Source: Candidatus Bathyarchaeota archaeon
GTDB taxonomy: Archaea; Thermoproteota; Bathyarchaeia; Bathyarchaeales; Bathycorpusculaceae
Assembly: GCA_018396875.1 (NCBI GenBank)
Contig: JAGTQG010000002.1
Coordinates: 3,638-67,637 of the forward strand
Direction of reading: 5' to 3'
DNA length: 64,000 nucleotides
Shown in pieces: positions 45,657 to 54,675 of the stretch. The position numbers and the translations under genes are program-made. A model generated the notes under the pieces. The model saw only the letters and a list, made by a program, of their open reading frames with translations. It searched no databases and was not told where the DNA came from. Every line of letters begins with the position of its first letter. Position 1 is the stretch's first letter.

Positions 45657-45663
45657 CGCAGCA

Positions 45664-46206
45664 ATGAAAATTGGAATACTGCGGGTTGGAAAAACTCCAA
45701 CAAACGTTTTGGATAGACTAAGAGAAAACTTGAGCATGGCTTTCCCAGAGGCGTTGTGCCAACTAATTTCCGATGTTCCAGCCTTGCCCGGTCAGGCCTT
45801 CGACAAGGCGAGGGGACAATACCGTTCAGACATGATTCTCAGCTTAGTTAAAGACTATGCATATAGAACAAATGTTTTCAGCCACGTTTTAGGTGTCGTG
45901 GACGTCGACATTTACGTTCCAGGGTTAAACTTTGTCTTTGGAGAGGCTGAATGTCCCGGAAAAGCAGCCCTCATATCATTATGGAGACTTAGACCCGAAT
46001 TTTATGGAAAGCCTCGGAACATTGAAGTTCTCGTTGAAAGAGCCACAAAAGAGGCTGTTCATGAGCTTGGTCACAATTTGGGCTTGGGACATTGCGTTAA
46101 TCCTTTTTGTGTTATGTATTTTTCCAACTCCATATTCGAAACGGATAGAAAGAAAAGTTTATTCTGCAACAAATGTTATGCGAAGGTTCAGATAAGCCTT
46201 GTCTAA
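45664..46206 (+). CDS. amzA: archaemetzincin
   Basis: HELGHNLGLGHC zinc motif plus C-terminal CxxC (CNKC). ATG 45664 (MKIGILRVGK) is preferred; the 45556 extension overlaps the upstream gene. Confidence 0.85.
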   Translation: MKIGILRVGKTPTNVLDRLRENLSMAFPEALCQLISDVPALPGQAFDKARGQYRSDMILSLVKDYAYRTNVFSHVLGVVDVDIYVPGLNFVFGEAECPGKAALISLWRLRPEFYGKPRNIEVLVERATKEAVHELGHNLGLGHCVNPFCVMYFSNSIFETDRKKSLFCNKCYAKVQISLV

Positions 46207-46224
46207 GTTTGGCGGGGAGAATCT

Positions 46225-47049
46225 TTGAGTGAAGGTTTTAAGGCTGGGCTCATCCATTTGGCGCCTGTTGTTGTAAGCTTACTCTTTAGCGTCGGATGCG
46301 CCTATCTTTTTATGGCTTCTGAGATAGAGCTTTTCAATGTAACGCCTTTTCAAGAAGGAGACCCTGTAGGCCCTATTGGCAACGCGATATATTTTGTTTT
46401 CTTAGTTGGTTTAGGTGCTTTAGTTCTGCTCTTTCTTTTGAAAAGGGGAAGTTTTAGGCTCATTGTTCTGGTTACGGGATTCGCTTTGGTTTCAGCGGTT
46501 TTTCTTCTTTCAATGGTATATTTTTACGCTTTTTTCATGATCTTGATGCCTTTACCGATGGAGATCCTAGTTTTACTTTCCGCAGCGGCAACGGTTTCGG
46601 TTGGCTATATAATTTTCGGGACAAGGAGCAAAATTGGCGATTTCCTAGTTCTGTTGCTGGGTGGAGCGCTGGGAACGCTGCTGGGAGCATGCATCCAAAC
46701 TTTGAGCACCGTGTTAATCCTATGTTTTTTAGCGGTTTACGACACTTTTGCCGTTTACCATGGCCCCGTTGGAAAAATAGCCCAAGTGGGACTTGAAAAA
46801 CTAAGAGGACTGAGTTTTTCCTTCAGAGGAATCCAAATGGGATTAGGCGATTTAACATTCTACTCAATGCTTGTGGGACACATGCTACTTCATTTTGGCC
46901 TTGTTCCCTGTTTAGCCTCCTTGACCGGTGTTTTAGTTGGTTGTTTTTTGGCTTTTAGAATGCTGGAGCGTAAGGGAGTTTTCCCCGGACTCCCCATCCC
47001 AATTTTTGTAGGTTTAGCTTTGGGTTTTCTCGCCGTAGTTTTGGTTTAG
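46225..47049 (+). CDS. presenilin/signal-peptide-peptidase-like intramembrane aspartyl protease
   Basis: Polytopic membrane protein with LAVYDTFAVY (YD) and MGLGDLTFYS (GxGD) catalytic motifs. TTG start. Confidence 0.7.
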   Translation: MSEGFKAGLIHLAPVVVSLLFSVGCAYLFMASEIELFNVTPFQEGDPVGPIGNAIYFVFLVGLGALVLLFLLKRGSFRLIVLVTGFALVSAVFLLSMVYFYAFFMILMPLPMEILVLLSAAATVSVGYIIFGTRSKIGDFLVLLLGGALGTLLGACIQTLSTVLILCFLAVYDTFAVYHGPVGKIAQVGLEKLRGLSFSFRGIQMGLGDLTFYSMLVGHMLLHFGLVPCLASLTGVLVGCFLAFRMLERKGVFPGLPIPIFVGLALGFLAVVLV

Positions 47050-47225
47050 GCGCCAGCCAAGACAAGTTTAGTGGCGTTTACGTCCACTTCCACTATCTTA
47101 CAATTTTTGAACTCCTTTGATTGACCAGCCACATCCCTAAGGATCACTTTATTGCCATCAGCCTTTGCATAAATGACGTCGCTCCAAACCTCTTTCCCGT
47201 TTAGGATCACTTTAAACTCGCACAT
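47046..47225 (-). CDS. cooT: CooT-family nickel-binding protein
   Basis: MCEFKVILNGKEV ... KVILRDVAGQSKEF ... IVEVDVNATKLVL matches the ~60-aa CooT pattern with Cys2. The 44-codon upstream extension in the ORF track is unsupported. Confidence 0.7.
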   Translation of the reverse strand: MCEFKVILNGKEVWSDVIYAKADGNKVILRDVAGQSKEFKNCKIVEVDVNATKLVLAGA

Positions 47226-47367
47226 ATTATCCCGCCAGCTGGATTTTAGGAGAGAGCGTTGACTATTATAATTTTCTGGTTCTGACAGCCTTTGTTTTAT
47301 AATTTTCAATATTGATTCTAGATTCATAACCCTATTATTTTGAGATTGCAGAACCAAGTGTGCTGGT

Positions 47368-47694
47368 GTGCATAAGTTGACCCTATGGCATGAAATTGAA
47401 GATCTTCAGAAAAAGAAGGCTGAGCTAGAGTTTCAGCTTCGCTCGTTAGAAGAGAAAGAGAAAACCCTTGAAGAAAGGGCGCGGTTGCTGGAAGAGAAGC
47501 TTGCCATCAAAGAGCTTGAACAAAAGCTCAAGATAAAGGCTGAAAGCATAGAAAAGCTTGAAGCCCGCATAAACGATCTAGAGCAGAGGCTTAGCGCTTC
47601 CGGAGAATTTGTGGCAATTCCAGAGTTGGAAAAACAAACAAGTAATCTTCACGGTGAAAACAGCTACCATTTGAGAAAGCTTTTCGGCGAATGA
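47368..47694 (+). CDS. hypothetical coiled-coil protein
   Basis: 108 aa, heptad-rich (KKKAELEFQLRSLEEKEKTLEERARLLEEKLAIKELEQKLK). GTG start. No family recognised. Confidence 0.4.
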   Translation: MHKLTLWHEIEDLQKKKAELEFQLRSLEEKEKTLEERARLLEEKLAIKELEQKLKIKAESIEKLEARINDLEQRLSASGEFVAIPELEKQTSNLHGENSYHLRKLFGE

Positions 47695-47816
47695 AGCGCT
47701 TTCGCTGGTCAACGTTAATAAAGTTTGATCTGTTTAAATAGGTGATTCCATATTTCTAGCAAGTGGAACGGTTATTAATCCTCAGAAAACCTATACTCTT
47801 TTAGAGCAGCGTCAAG

Positions 47817-48305
47817 ATGAACTGGATGGAAAAAGGAGCAAAGCACAGCGGAGCAGTTTCAACGGATATCTTTAGCCTGCTTCTTGAAACAAGCGAAAAG
47901 GAGAGGCGTAAACGTCGAGAAGAGCTTCTGGCACCGTTGGGTATTAAAGAGTTCTTCGTTGACGGAAGAATAACAATTGACAAACGCACATGTAAAGGCG
48001 TGGAATGCAAGCTTTGCATTAAAGCTTGCCCCACGAACGCCCTATACTGGAAAAGCAGTGGCGAAGTCGGTGTAACAGAGGAACTCTGCATTTACTGTGG
48101 AGCATGCGTGTTAAACTGCATGGTGGACGATTGCATTAAGATTGAAAGGAGACGGGAAGACGGCACCGTGGAAAAATTTAGCACTCCCCGCGCCTTCACA
48201 ATACTTGAGCACAACACAAACACTAAAAAGCGGCTTGAAAGAGTTAAAGCCGTTTTCCCATCAACTGCAGATTACTTGAAACTGTACAAGCCTACATTAA
48301 CGTAA
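47817..48305 (+). CDS. 4Fe-4S dicluster domain protein
   Basis: CKLCIKACP and CIYCGACVLNC motifs; 162 aa. Confidence 0.65.
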   Translation: MNWMEKGAKHSGAVSTDIFSLLLETSEKERRKRREELLAPLGIKEFFVDGRITIDKRTCKGVECKLCIKACPTNALYWKSSGEVGVTEELCIYCGACVLNCMVDDCIKIERRREDGTVEKFSTPRAFTILEHNTNTKKRLERVKAVFPSTADYLKLYKPTLT

Positions 48306-48313
48306 AACATAGT

Positions 48314-49000
48314 TCAACGAGGCTTTGAAAAGTTAACCTGCTCTATCAAGACTGGTATGTCGGTGATCGACGTCACCAGAAAGTCTGCCCCAGCATCCAT
48401 AAGCTCTCTCGGTGTAGACACACCGGTCGGTATGCCTACAGCCATTACGCCCAAATCCTTTGCACACCGCATGTCGGCTTGGCTATCCCCCACAACCAAA
48501 GCTTCTTGGGGGTCTACCCCTAACGCTTCTAAAGTTTTTCGCAAATGCTCCACATTTGGTTTCACGTACTTAACATGCTCCCTCGAGACCACAGCGCTAA
48601 AGAATTCTTTTATACCGAATCTTTCAAGCACGTAATCCGCCGATTTTTGGCTGTTAACGGTGCATATGCCAATCTTCAAACCCATCTCCCTTAAAGCCTT
48701 CAAAACCTCTATTACACCGGGCTGAATACTCGTTGTCTTAGCAGCTTCAAGCTCGTATTTTTCAGCTATCGCAAGGGCTTTTTTCCGAAGAGCCTCAACT
48801 GCAGCAGCGGATTTACCGCTGTTTTTCATAAAAATTTCAGCCTTCTTCAACATCTCAAAAATGCTTTCATTGACGAATAAAATTGAAGCAGGTACGCCTT
48901 GATCTATGAGAAAGCCCCTAACTTCAGCCCTAACCGTTCGAAAATCGATGTTAAATTTGACTATTGTTCCATCCAAGTCGAAGATTACAGCTTTAATCAT
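48314..49000 (-). CDS. HAD-superfamily hydrolase (phosphoglycolate phosphatase-like)
   Basis: IFDLDGTIV (motif I), TVNS, VGDSQADMRCAKDLG (motif IV). Confidence 0.85.
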   Translation of the reverse strand: MIKAVIFDLDGTIVKFNIDFRTVRAEVRGFLIDQGVPASILFVNESIFEMLKKAEIFMKNSGKSAAAVEALRKKALAIAEKYELEAAKTTSIQPGVIEVLKALREMGLKIGICTVNSQKSADYVLERFGIKEFFSAVVSREHVKYVKPNVEHLRKTLEALGVDPQEALVVGDSQADMRCAKDLGVMAVGIPTGVSTPRELMDAGADFLVTSITDIPVLIEQVNFSKPR

Positions 49001-49104
49001 CCATGAACCTTCACAATGCTTTGAGTTTCTAGGCTAATGCTTCGTTAAAAATAAACTTTACCTCAACAAATTTCTTTACAACCTTCACGTGGAGGATTTA
49101 TGAA

Positions 49105-49647
49105 ATGGAAGTGTTTGAAGCTGTTCAAGCGCGACGTTCCATACGCGCCTATGAACCAACGCCTGTGCCGAAAGAAAAACTTGAAAGAATCTTGGAGGCT
49201 GCAAGGCTTGCTCCCTCCGCGGAGAACATCCAGCCATGGCACTTCATAGTTGTGACAGACCATGAAAAGCGGGTAAAACTTGCGAAAGCTCCCTTTGCAG
49301 GTTTCCTTAAAGAGGCGCCTGTCGTTATTGTCGGCTGCGGCGACCAGAAGGCTTCCCCAAAATGGTTTATGGTGGATGTGGCGATAGCCATGCAGAACAT
49401 GGTTTTAACAGCTACAGGTGAGGGGCTAGGCACATGCTGGGTTGGAAGCTTCGACGAAAACCAAGTGAGGGAACTGTTGAAAATTCCAGAGAACTACCGT
49501 GTTGTGGCTCTTTTAGCCCTAGGCTACCCAAGAAAGAAGATCGATATTCAAGGCAAGCTTCTTCATGCAATAAGGCGACGGAAAAAATTGGAGAAAATAG
49601 TTAGTTTTGAAGAATTTGGACGCCCGTTTAGGGCGACAGAGACATAG
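49105..49647 (+). CDS. nitroreductase family protein
   Basis: ARRSIRAYEP, RLAPSAENIQPWHFIVV, LGTCWVG. Confidence 0.85.
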   Translation: MEVFEAVQARRSIRAYEPTPVPKEKLERILEAARLAPSAENIQPWHFIVVTDHEKRVKLAKAPFAGFLKEAPVVIVGCGDQKASPKWFMVDVAIAMQNMVLTATGEGLGTCWVGSFDENQVRELLKIPENYRVVALLALGYPRKKIDIQGKLLHAIRRRKKLEKIVSFEEFGRPFRATET

Positions 49648-49690
49648 GTTAAAATTATTTTGATGACAATGATAAATTCCTGGATAAGCT

Positions 49691-49915
49691 ATGAGTCTTG
49701 AAGAATATGTGAAAGAAAAGCTCTGGCCAATCCTTGTAGAGACTGTGCATGCCATGGTTATGTATCCATACCACAAGGCTTACACGAGGGATGTTTTGCT
49801 CCATGAGAAGCCAGACCTGACGCCACATGAACTGGCCTCCAGGCTTGGCATTCCCTTAGGCGAAGCTCTGGTCATTCTTTACGAGTTGAAAAATGAGGCG
49901 AAGCCTAGGGTTTAG
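49691..49915 (+). CDS. small hypothetical protein
   Basis: 74-aa ORF with a possible HTH segment (LTPHELASRLGIPLGEALVILYEL). Its 3' end overlaps the convergent tauE-like gene by 11 nt. Confidence 0.35.
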   Translation: MSLEEYVKEKLWPILVETVHAMVMYPYHKAYTRDVLLHEKPDLTPHELASRLGIPLGEALVILYELKNEAKPRV

Positions 49916-50711
49916 TAATCATACGAACAGTTGCCAAAACAAGGATTACGCCAAGCAACACTTTAAGGACTTCTTTTTCCACAACACCCGCATAAGATGC
50001 CCCTATAAAGGCGCCTACCACAGAGCCTGCACCCATGGTGATTGCAACGACACCTACGTTTTTGTTCATGTGTCCCATGTTGTGATGTTTTAAAAAGCCT
50101 GAAGCTACAGTTGGAATAGAAACCAAAAGACTGGTGGTTCCAGCAGCTATAATATCAAGACCAAAGAGGTATATCAAGGCGGGGATGCGGAACTCGCCGC
50201 CTGCAACTCCAAGAGATCCGGAAATGATCCCTATTGCCAAACCGATCAAGGCGGCTAGCAGGATTTCTTCGGTAACCCCCCAAGTGAAAGTGAACGCCAC
50301 GGGAAATTCGACGAAAGGTTCAAGTCCGATTTTCAAGCCGACAACCACCAGGAAAACTGCTAAAGTTCGCTTCAACGGTTTTTCTGGGATCTTGCCGGTT
50401 AAAAGCGCCCCAAAATAGGCGCCGACGATAGACGTCGCAGACATCGCCAAGGCGACGTTTATGCTGTGTCCATTCAACAAGCCAAGCTGAAAACGCCTTA
50501 AAAAGGAGACGGTTACCGTCAGTAAACCCACAAGCAAGTTTACAGCTATAGCCGAAACAACTGGAAGCCCAACAACATAAAGTAGCACAGGCATTCTGAA
50601 CTCGCCTCCGCCAACACCTATTAAACCCGCTGCTATTCCAAGAAGTAAACCGAAGATGATCGACGTCAAAGCCTTGAAAGCTGACAGCCTAAACTTGTCT
50701 TCCAAGACCAT
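49905..50711 (-). CDS. TauE/SafE family sulfite/anion exporter membrane protein
   Basis: Two homologous halves each carry G.GGGEFR.P (GVGGGEFRMP, GVAGGEFRIP); 268 aa, polytopic. Confidence 0.8.
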   Translation of the reverse strand: MVLEDKFRLSAFKALTSIIFGLLLGIAAGLIGVGGGEFRMPVLLYVVGLPVVSAIAVNLLVGLLTVTVSFLRRFQLGLLNGHSINVALAMSATSIVGAYFGALLTGKIPEKPLKRTLAVFLVVVGLKIGLEPFVEFPVAFTFTWGVTEEILLAALIGLAIGIISGSLGVAGGEFRIPALIYLFGLDIIAAGTTSLLVSIPTVASGFLKHHNMGHMNKNVGVVAITMGAGSVVGAFIGASYAGVVEKEVLKVLLGVILVLATVRMITKP

Positions 50712-50779
50712 CCCGATGTGCTTCCTTATTCATAACGAAATAAGCTTATAAAAATAGCGCAATAAATACCAAGAATGGA

Positions 50780-51112
50780 ATGCGGAACGAATCAAAACAT
50801 AAACTATCATTTAAGATATGGCTAGAACACAACGGAAAGCCACTCATAGGCAAGGGAGGAGCTCAAATCCTAGAACAAATAGAAAAAGAGCAGTCAATTT
50901 CAAAAGCTGCAAAAAAGCTTGGAATGTCCTACCGCTATGTCTGGAGCTACATAAAAAGAATTGAAAAAACATTAGGTCGGTCGGTGGCAGAAACTCGACG
51001 AGGAGGCAAAGCCGGTGGAGGAGCAAAACTTACAAGGTTTGGAAAAGAGCTTCTCAAGGAGTACAAGCGTGCGGAAAACCTCTTCAACAAGGTTCTGACA
51101 TGCAATAGGTGA
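50780..51112 (+). CDS. ModE N-terminal-domain-like winged-helix regulator
   Basis: IGKGGAQILEQIEKEQSISKAAKKLGMSYRYVWSYIKRIEK ... GGKAGGGAKLT is the ModE/LysR-type HTH pattern without Mop domains. Confidence 0.7.
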   Translation: MRNESKHKLSFKIWLEHNGKPLIGKGGAQILEQIEKEQSISKAAKKLGMSYRYVWSYIKRIEKTLGRSVAETRRGGKAGGGAKLTRFGKELLKEYKRAENLFNKVLTCNR

Positions 51113-51142
51113 CTTACAGCCAATAAAGGGAGGACTTGTGCT

Positions 51143-51694
51143 CTATTCCACGACGTATCTGTAGGCTATGTGTTCGCCCGCTGTGGGGCTTTTTCGGATT
51201 ATGCGTATTATGTCGCCGGGTTTTGCGCCTATGGCTTTGGCTGCTGGGTCTGAAGCCTTTATTTGTGGAAGCTGGTATGGCTTAACCCGGTATTGGGCTA
51301 GGACTTTTTCGCGTTCTTCTGGAGTTAATATTTCATGTTTTGGCACAAGCACGTGTTCAAATATGTCGAAGACTGGGAAAGTTTTTGGCAATAGTTCTAT
51401 GTGTTTTTTCTTTGCTGTTTGTTTTGCAGCGTTGGTGTAGCGTCCGCTTGCTATAAGGATTCCATGTTCTATTTGGGCTTCTTTCATGGCTTTTGCCATG
51501 CGGTTTACGGTTTGTATGCCGACGGTTTCGTCTGGAACACACCATATTAAGATTTGTTTTTTCTCTCCATTTTTTAGTTCTTCGACGGTGTAGCTTGCCA
51601 CGTTTTTGGTTTTCTCTTTTTTGGCAAGTTTGTAGCCTCTAAGTCTGATTAGAATTTTCGCCTTACGCTCTTCTAGGGTTTCTTCCTCGCTCAA
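51143..51694 (-). CDS. rpoH: DNA-directed RNA polymerase subunit Rpo5/RpoH with an unusual ~100-aa N-terminal extension (Rpb5 N-domain / Mrr-like)
   Basis: The C-terminal 75 aa are [69 protein letters not shown], which is canonical RpoH. The ORF opens at TTG 51694 directly after an in-frame TAA, with GAGG 8 nt upstream. The first in-frame ATG is codon 66. Confidence 0.8.
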   Translation of the reverse strand: MSEEETLEERKAKILIRLRGYKLAKKEKTKNVASYTVEELKNGEKKQILIWCVPDETVGIQTVNRMAKAMKEAQIEHGILIASGRYTNAAKQTAKKKHIELLPKTFPVFDIFEHVLVPKHEILTPEEREKVLAQYRVKPYQLPQIKASDPAAKAIGAKPGDIIRIIRKSPTAGEHIAYRYVVE

Positions 51695-51824
51695 ACTTTA
51701 AACCTCTTAATTGAGCTGAAGCATTCGAACTCTAGCCTAGTGAAAGCCTTAAACTTTACGCTTGCCAAAGCTTAAAATCTGGAACGGAATAATCTAACTG
51801 TTCTGACGGAAAGTGGTGTGTGGA

Positions 51825-53273
51825 ATGTCTGTGGATTTTGGAAAAATAGCTCTCGAAGAAGCTGCAAAAAAGGGTGCATCCTACGCTGACATAAGAATCA
51901 GCGAAATTCTTAACGAAAATTTAACGGCAAAAAACGGTGAGCCGGAAACCATATCATTTTCGCAGATGAAAGGGTTTGGAGTAAGAGTAATAGTTGACGG
52001 TGCTTGGGGTTTCGCGGGCTCCGTTGACATAACAAGGGACGAGATTAAACGCTGTGTTGACTTGGCTGTCAAAATTGCTAAGGCTAGTGCCATGCTGAAA
52101 AAGCGGGAAGTTGTCCTAGCAAGGGAAAAAGCTTACCGCGAAAAGTATGCCACAAGCTTTAAGAAAGACCCCTTTAAGGTTTCGCTTGAGGAAAAGCTTA
52201 AAGTTCTTGTTGAGGCTAGCCGCTTTTTGAAAGAGTTTTCGCCGTTAGTGAATGTTTCTTACGCCCATTATCGGGGTTACCGTGAAAACAAGCTTTTCAT
52301 GAACAGCGAGGGCGCAGAGATACATCAACAAATAACATGGTGTGGCGGCGGAATATCAGCCATAGCCATCAAAGGCTCAGAGGTTCAGGTTAGGTCTTAT
52401 CCGTCGGCTTTCCGCGGTGACTTCGCAACATGTGGCTACGAATTCTTCGAGTCCCTAGCCCTAACAGACCACGCCCAAACAGTTGGAAAGGAGCTTCTCC
52501 AGCTTTTTGAGGCTGAGAAGTGTCCGTCTGGCGAAATGGACTTGATTTTGCGTGGCGACCAATTGGCTTTGCAGATTCACGAGAGCTGTGGACATCCAAC
52601 AGAGCTTGACAGGGTTCTGGGCACGGAAGCCGACTATGCTGGGACAAGTTTTCTAACGCCTGAAAAACTTGGAAAATTCCGTTACGGTTCCGAAAAAGTG
52701 AATATTGTTGCGGATGCCACAGTGCCGCTTGGACTTGGAACCTTCGGCTTTGACGATGAAGGAGTAAAAGCGAAGAAAGTTTACTTGGTTAAAGAGGGCG
52801 TCTTTGTGGGTTATCAAAGTTCAAGGGAAACTGCTGCTCAGCTTGGACTTAAAGAAAGTAGCGGGGGCATGCGTGCCGACTCGCCTTTGGCTTTGCCAAT
52901 CATAAGGATGACAAACATTAACTTGCTTCCGGGCGATTTCAAGGCGGAGGAAATAATCGAAGACACAAAGGAGGGCGTTTTGATGATGACGAACCGGTCT
53001 TGGAGCATAGACGACAAACGCATAAACTTCCAGTTTGGCACGGAGATAGGATGGCTAATAAAGAATGGAAGCCTCGAGAAGATGGTTAAAAACCCGACAT
53101 ACATGGGTATAACGCCTCAGTTCTGGGGTTCATGCGACGCCGTAAGCAAAGACGACTGGAAAATGTGGGGTACACCGAACTGTGGCAAAGGCGTGCCCGG
53201 ACAAGTAATGTATGTGGGGCACGGTTGTGGAACCGCCCGCTTCCGCAAAGTTCGTGTTGGACTCATGAGGTAG
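51825..53273 (+). CDS. tldD: TldD metalloprotease
   Basis: HESCGHPTELD zinc motif and YADIR N-terminal region. ATG 51825 is preferred over GTG 51813. Confidence 0.85.
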   Translation: MSVDFGKIALEEAAKKGASYADIRISEILNENLTAKNGEPETISFSQMKGFGVRVIVDGAWGFAGSVDITRDEIKRCVDLAVKIAKASAMLKKREVVLAREKAYREKYATSFKKDPFKVSLEEKLKVLVEASRFLKEFSPLVNVSYAHYRGYRENKLFMNSEGAEIHQQITWCGGGISAIAIKGSEVQVRSYPSAFRGDFATCGYEFFESLALTDHAQTVGKELLQLFEAEKCPSGEMDLILRGDQLALQIHESCGHPTELDRVLGTEADYAGTSFLTPEKLGKFRYGSEKVNIVADATVPLGLGTFGFDDEGVKAKKVYLVKEGVFVGYQSSRETAAQLGLKESSGGMRADSPLALPIIRMTNINLLPGDFKAEEIIEDTKEGVLMMTNRSWSIDDKRINFQFGTEIGWLIKNGSLEKMVKNPTYMGITPQFWGSCDAVSKDDWKMWGTPNCGKGVPGQVMYVGHGCGTARFRKVRVGLMR

Positions 53274-53285
53274 GAGGGGGACTGT

Positions 53286-54662
53286 ATGGATGTGGATAGG
53301 CTTAGGGAAATAGCCCAAAAAACAGTTGACTATGCTTTAAAGCAGAAGGTTAGTCAAGCGCAAGCCGTAGCCTTCATGGCTGACAACTCTTTAACGCGTT
53401 TTGCGAATTCGCAGATTCACCAGAACGTTTCCCAGAAAATTGGCGGAGTATCAATAAAAGTTGTTTTAGGGGATAAGCGAATAAGCACTGTTCAAGCCAA
53501 CACGCTTGAAGAAAAAGGCGTAAAGGAGGCTGTTGAACAAGCGGTTAAAATTGCAAAGGCTTCCTCGCCAAACAAGGAGTTCAAGAGCCTACCAGAGCCT
53601 GAAGCTTGGAAGCCGGTGCGCGGAGCCATCGACAAGCAGACAGCCACGTGTACTCCAGATTTTAGGGCTGAAAGGGTTAAGGAAGCCATTGAAGCAGCCC
53701 ATTCGAAATCGCCTAAAGTGGACGCTGTCGCCGGATACTTGTGCACTGGCGCTTTGGGCTATGCCGTTGCAAACTCTTTGGGAGTTTCAGCTTGGGCTCA
53801 GCTTTCCGTGGCTTATATGAAAACAACGGTTATAGCAAGGGACGGGGAGTCAGAAGGCTTCGGAGCAGCCCAGCAATATTCTAGAAAGGTTAAGGACCTC
53901 AAGCCGGAGGTTTTGGCTGAAGACGCTGCAGAAAAGGCTGTGCGCAGTCTTCACCCCGTCAAAATAGAGCCAGGCGAATACGAAGTTGTTTTGTCGCCTT
54001 TAGCTGTAGCCGTGATCCTAGAATACATGGGCTATGTAGGCTTTTCAGCTAGACCATACCAAGATGGGCAGTCTTTCGTCAAGTTCTATGCAAACCAGCA
54101 GGTTTTCGACGGCAAACTCAACGTCGTGGACGATGCTAGGAACCCGAAAACATTCTACGCGGTGCCAGTTGACGGCGAGGGCGTTCCCAAAAAGCCTTTA
54201 GAGCTCATAGCAAACGGCGTGGTTTCAGAGAAAAGCATATGCTACAACTCTTTCACCGCTGGCAAGGAAGGAAAGAAAAGCACTGGACACGCGCTTCCAC
54301 CGTTGGGCGATTTCTATGGAGAAATGCCCCTACCATACAACATGATAATGAAGCCTGGAGACGCCACTGTGGAAGAGGCAATTGAAGATACGAAATACGG
54401 CTTGTTCGTCAATACGTTCCACTATGTTAACCCTGTCGAGCCTACAAAACTCGTGTTAACTGGACTGACACGGGACGGAACATTCCTTATCGAAAAAGGC
54501 GAAATAACAAAACCCATTGTCAACATGCGCTTCACAGACAGCATGCTCTCAGCCTTGAAAGAAATTCCAATGATTGGAAAGGAGCTTCTAACCCTAGAAA
54601 CGGCAACAGTTCCTATGGTTAAACTGAAAAAGCTACGCTTTGTAGGCGTATCCGCCTACTAA
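53286..54662 (+). CDS. pmbA: PmbA/TldE family protein (TldD partner)
   Basis: Same fold family without HExxxH; it lies 12 nt after tldD; 458 aa. Confidence 0.8.
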   Translation: MDVDRLREIAQKTVDYALKQKVSQAQAVAFMADNSLTRFANSQIHQNVSQKIGGVSIKVVLGDKRISTVQANTLEEKGVKEAVEQAVKIAKASSPNKEFKSLPEPEAWKPVRGAIDKQTATCTPDFRAERVKEAIEAAHSKSPKVDAVAGYLCTGALGYAVANSLGVSAWAQLSVAYMKTTVIARDGESEGFGAAQQYSRKVKDLKPEVLAEDAAEKAVRSLHPVKIEPGEYEVVLSPLAVAVILEYMGYVGFSARPYQDGQSFVKFYANQQVFDGKLNVVDDARNPKTFYAVPVDGEGVPKKPLELIANGVVSEKSICYNSFTAGKEGKKSTGHALPPLGDFYGEMPLPYNMIMKPGDATVEEAIEDTKYGLFVNTFHYVNPVEPTKLVLTGLTRDGTFLIEKGEITKPIVNMRFTDSMLSALKEIPMIGKELLTLETATVPMVKLKKLRFVGVSAY

Positions 54663-54675
54663 CGCCCTTCCATTT

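Noticed and set aside
45556-45663. N-terminal extension of the archaemetzincin ORF overlapping the last 100 nt of the beta-CASP gene.
   Set aside because: The extension has no counterpart in archaemetzincins. ATG 45664 (MKIGILRVGK) gives the expected N-terminus with a 7-nt gap to the upstream stop.
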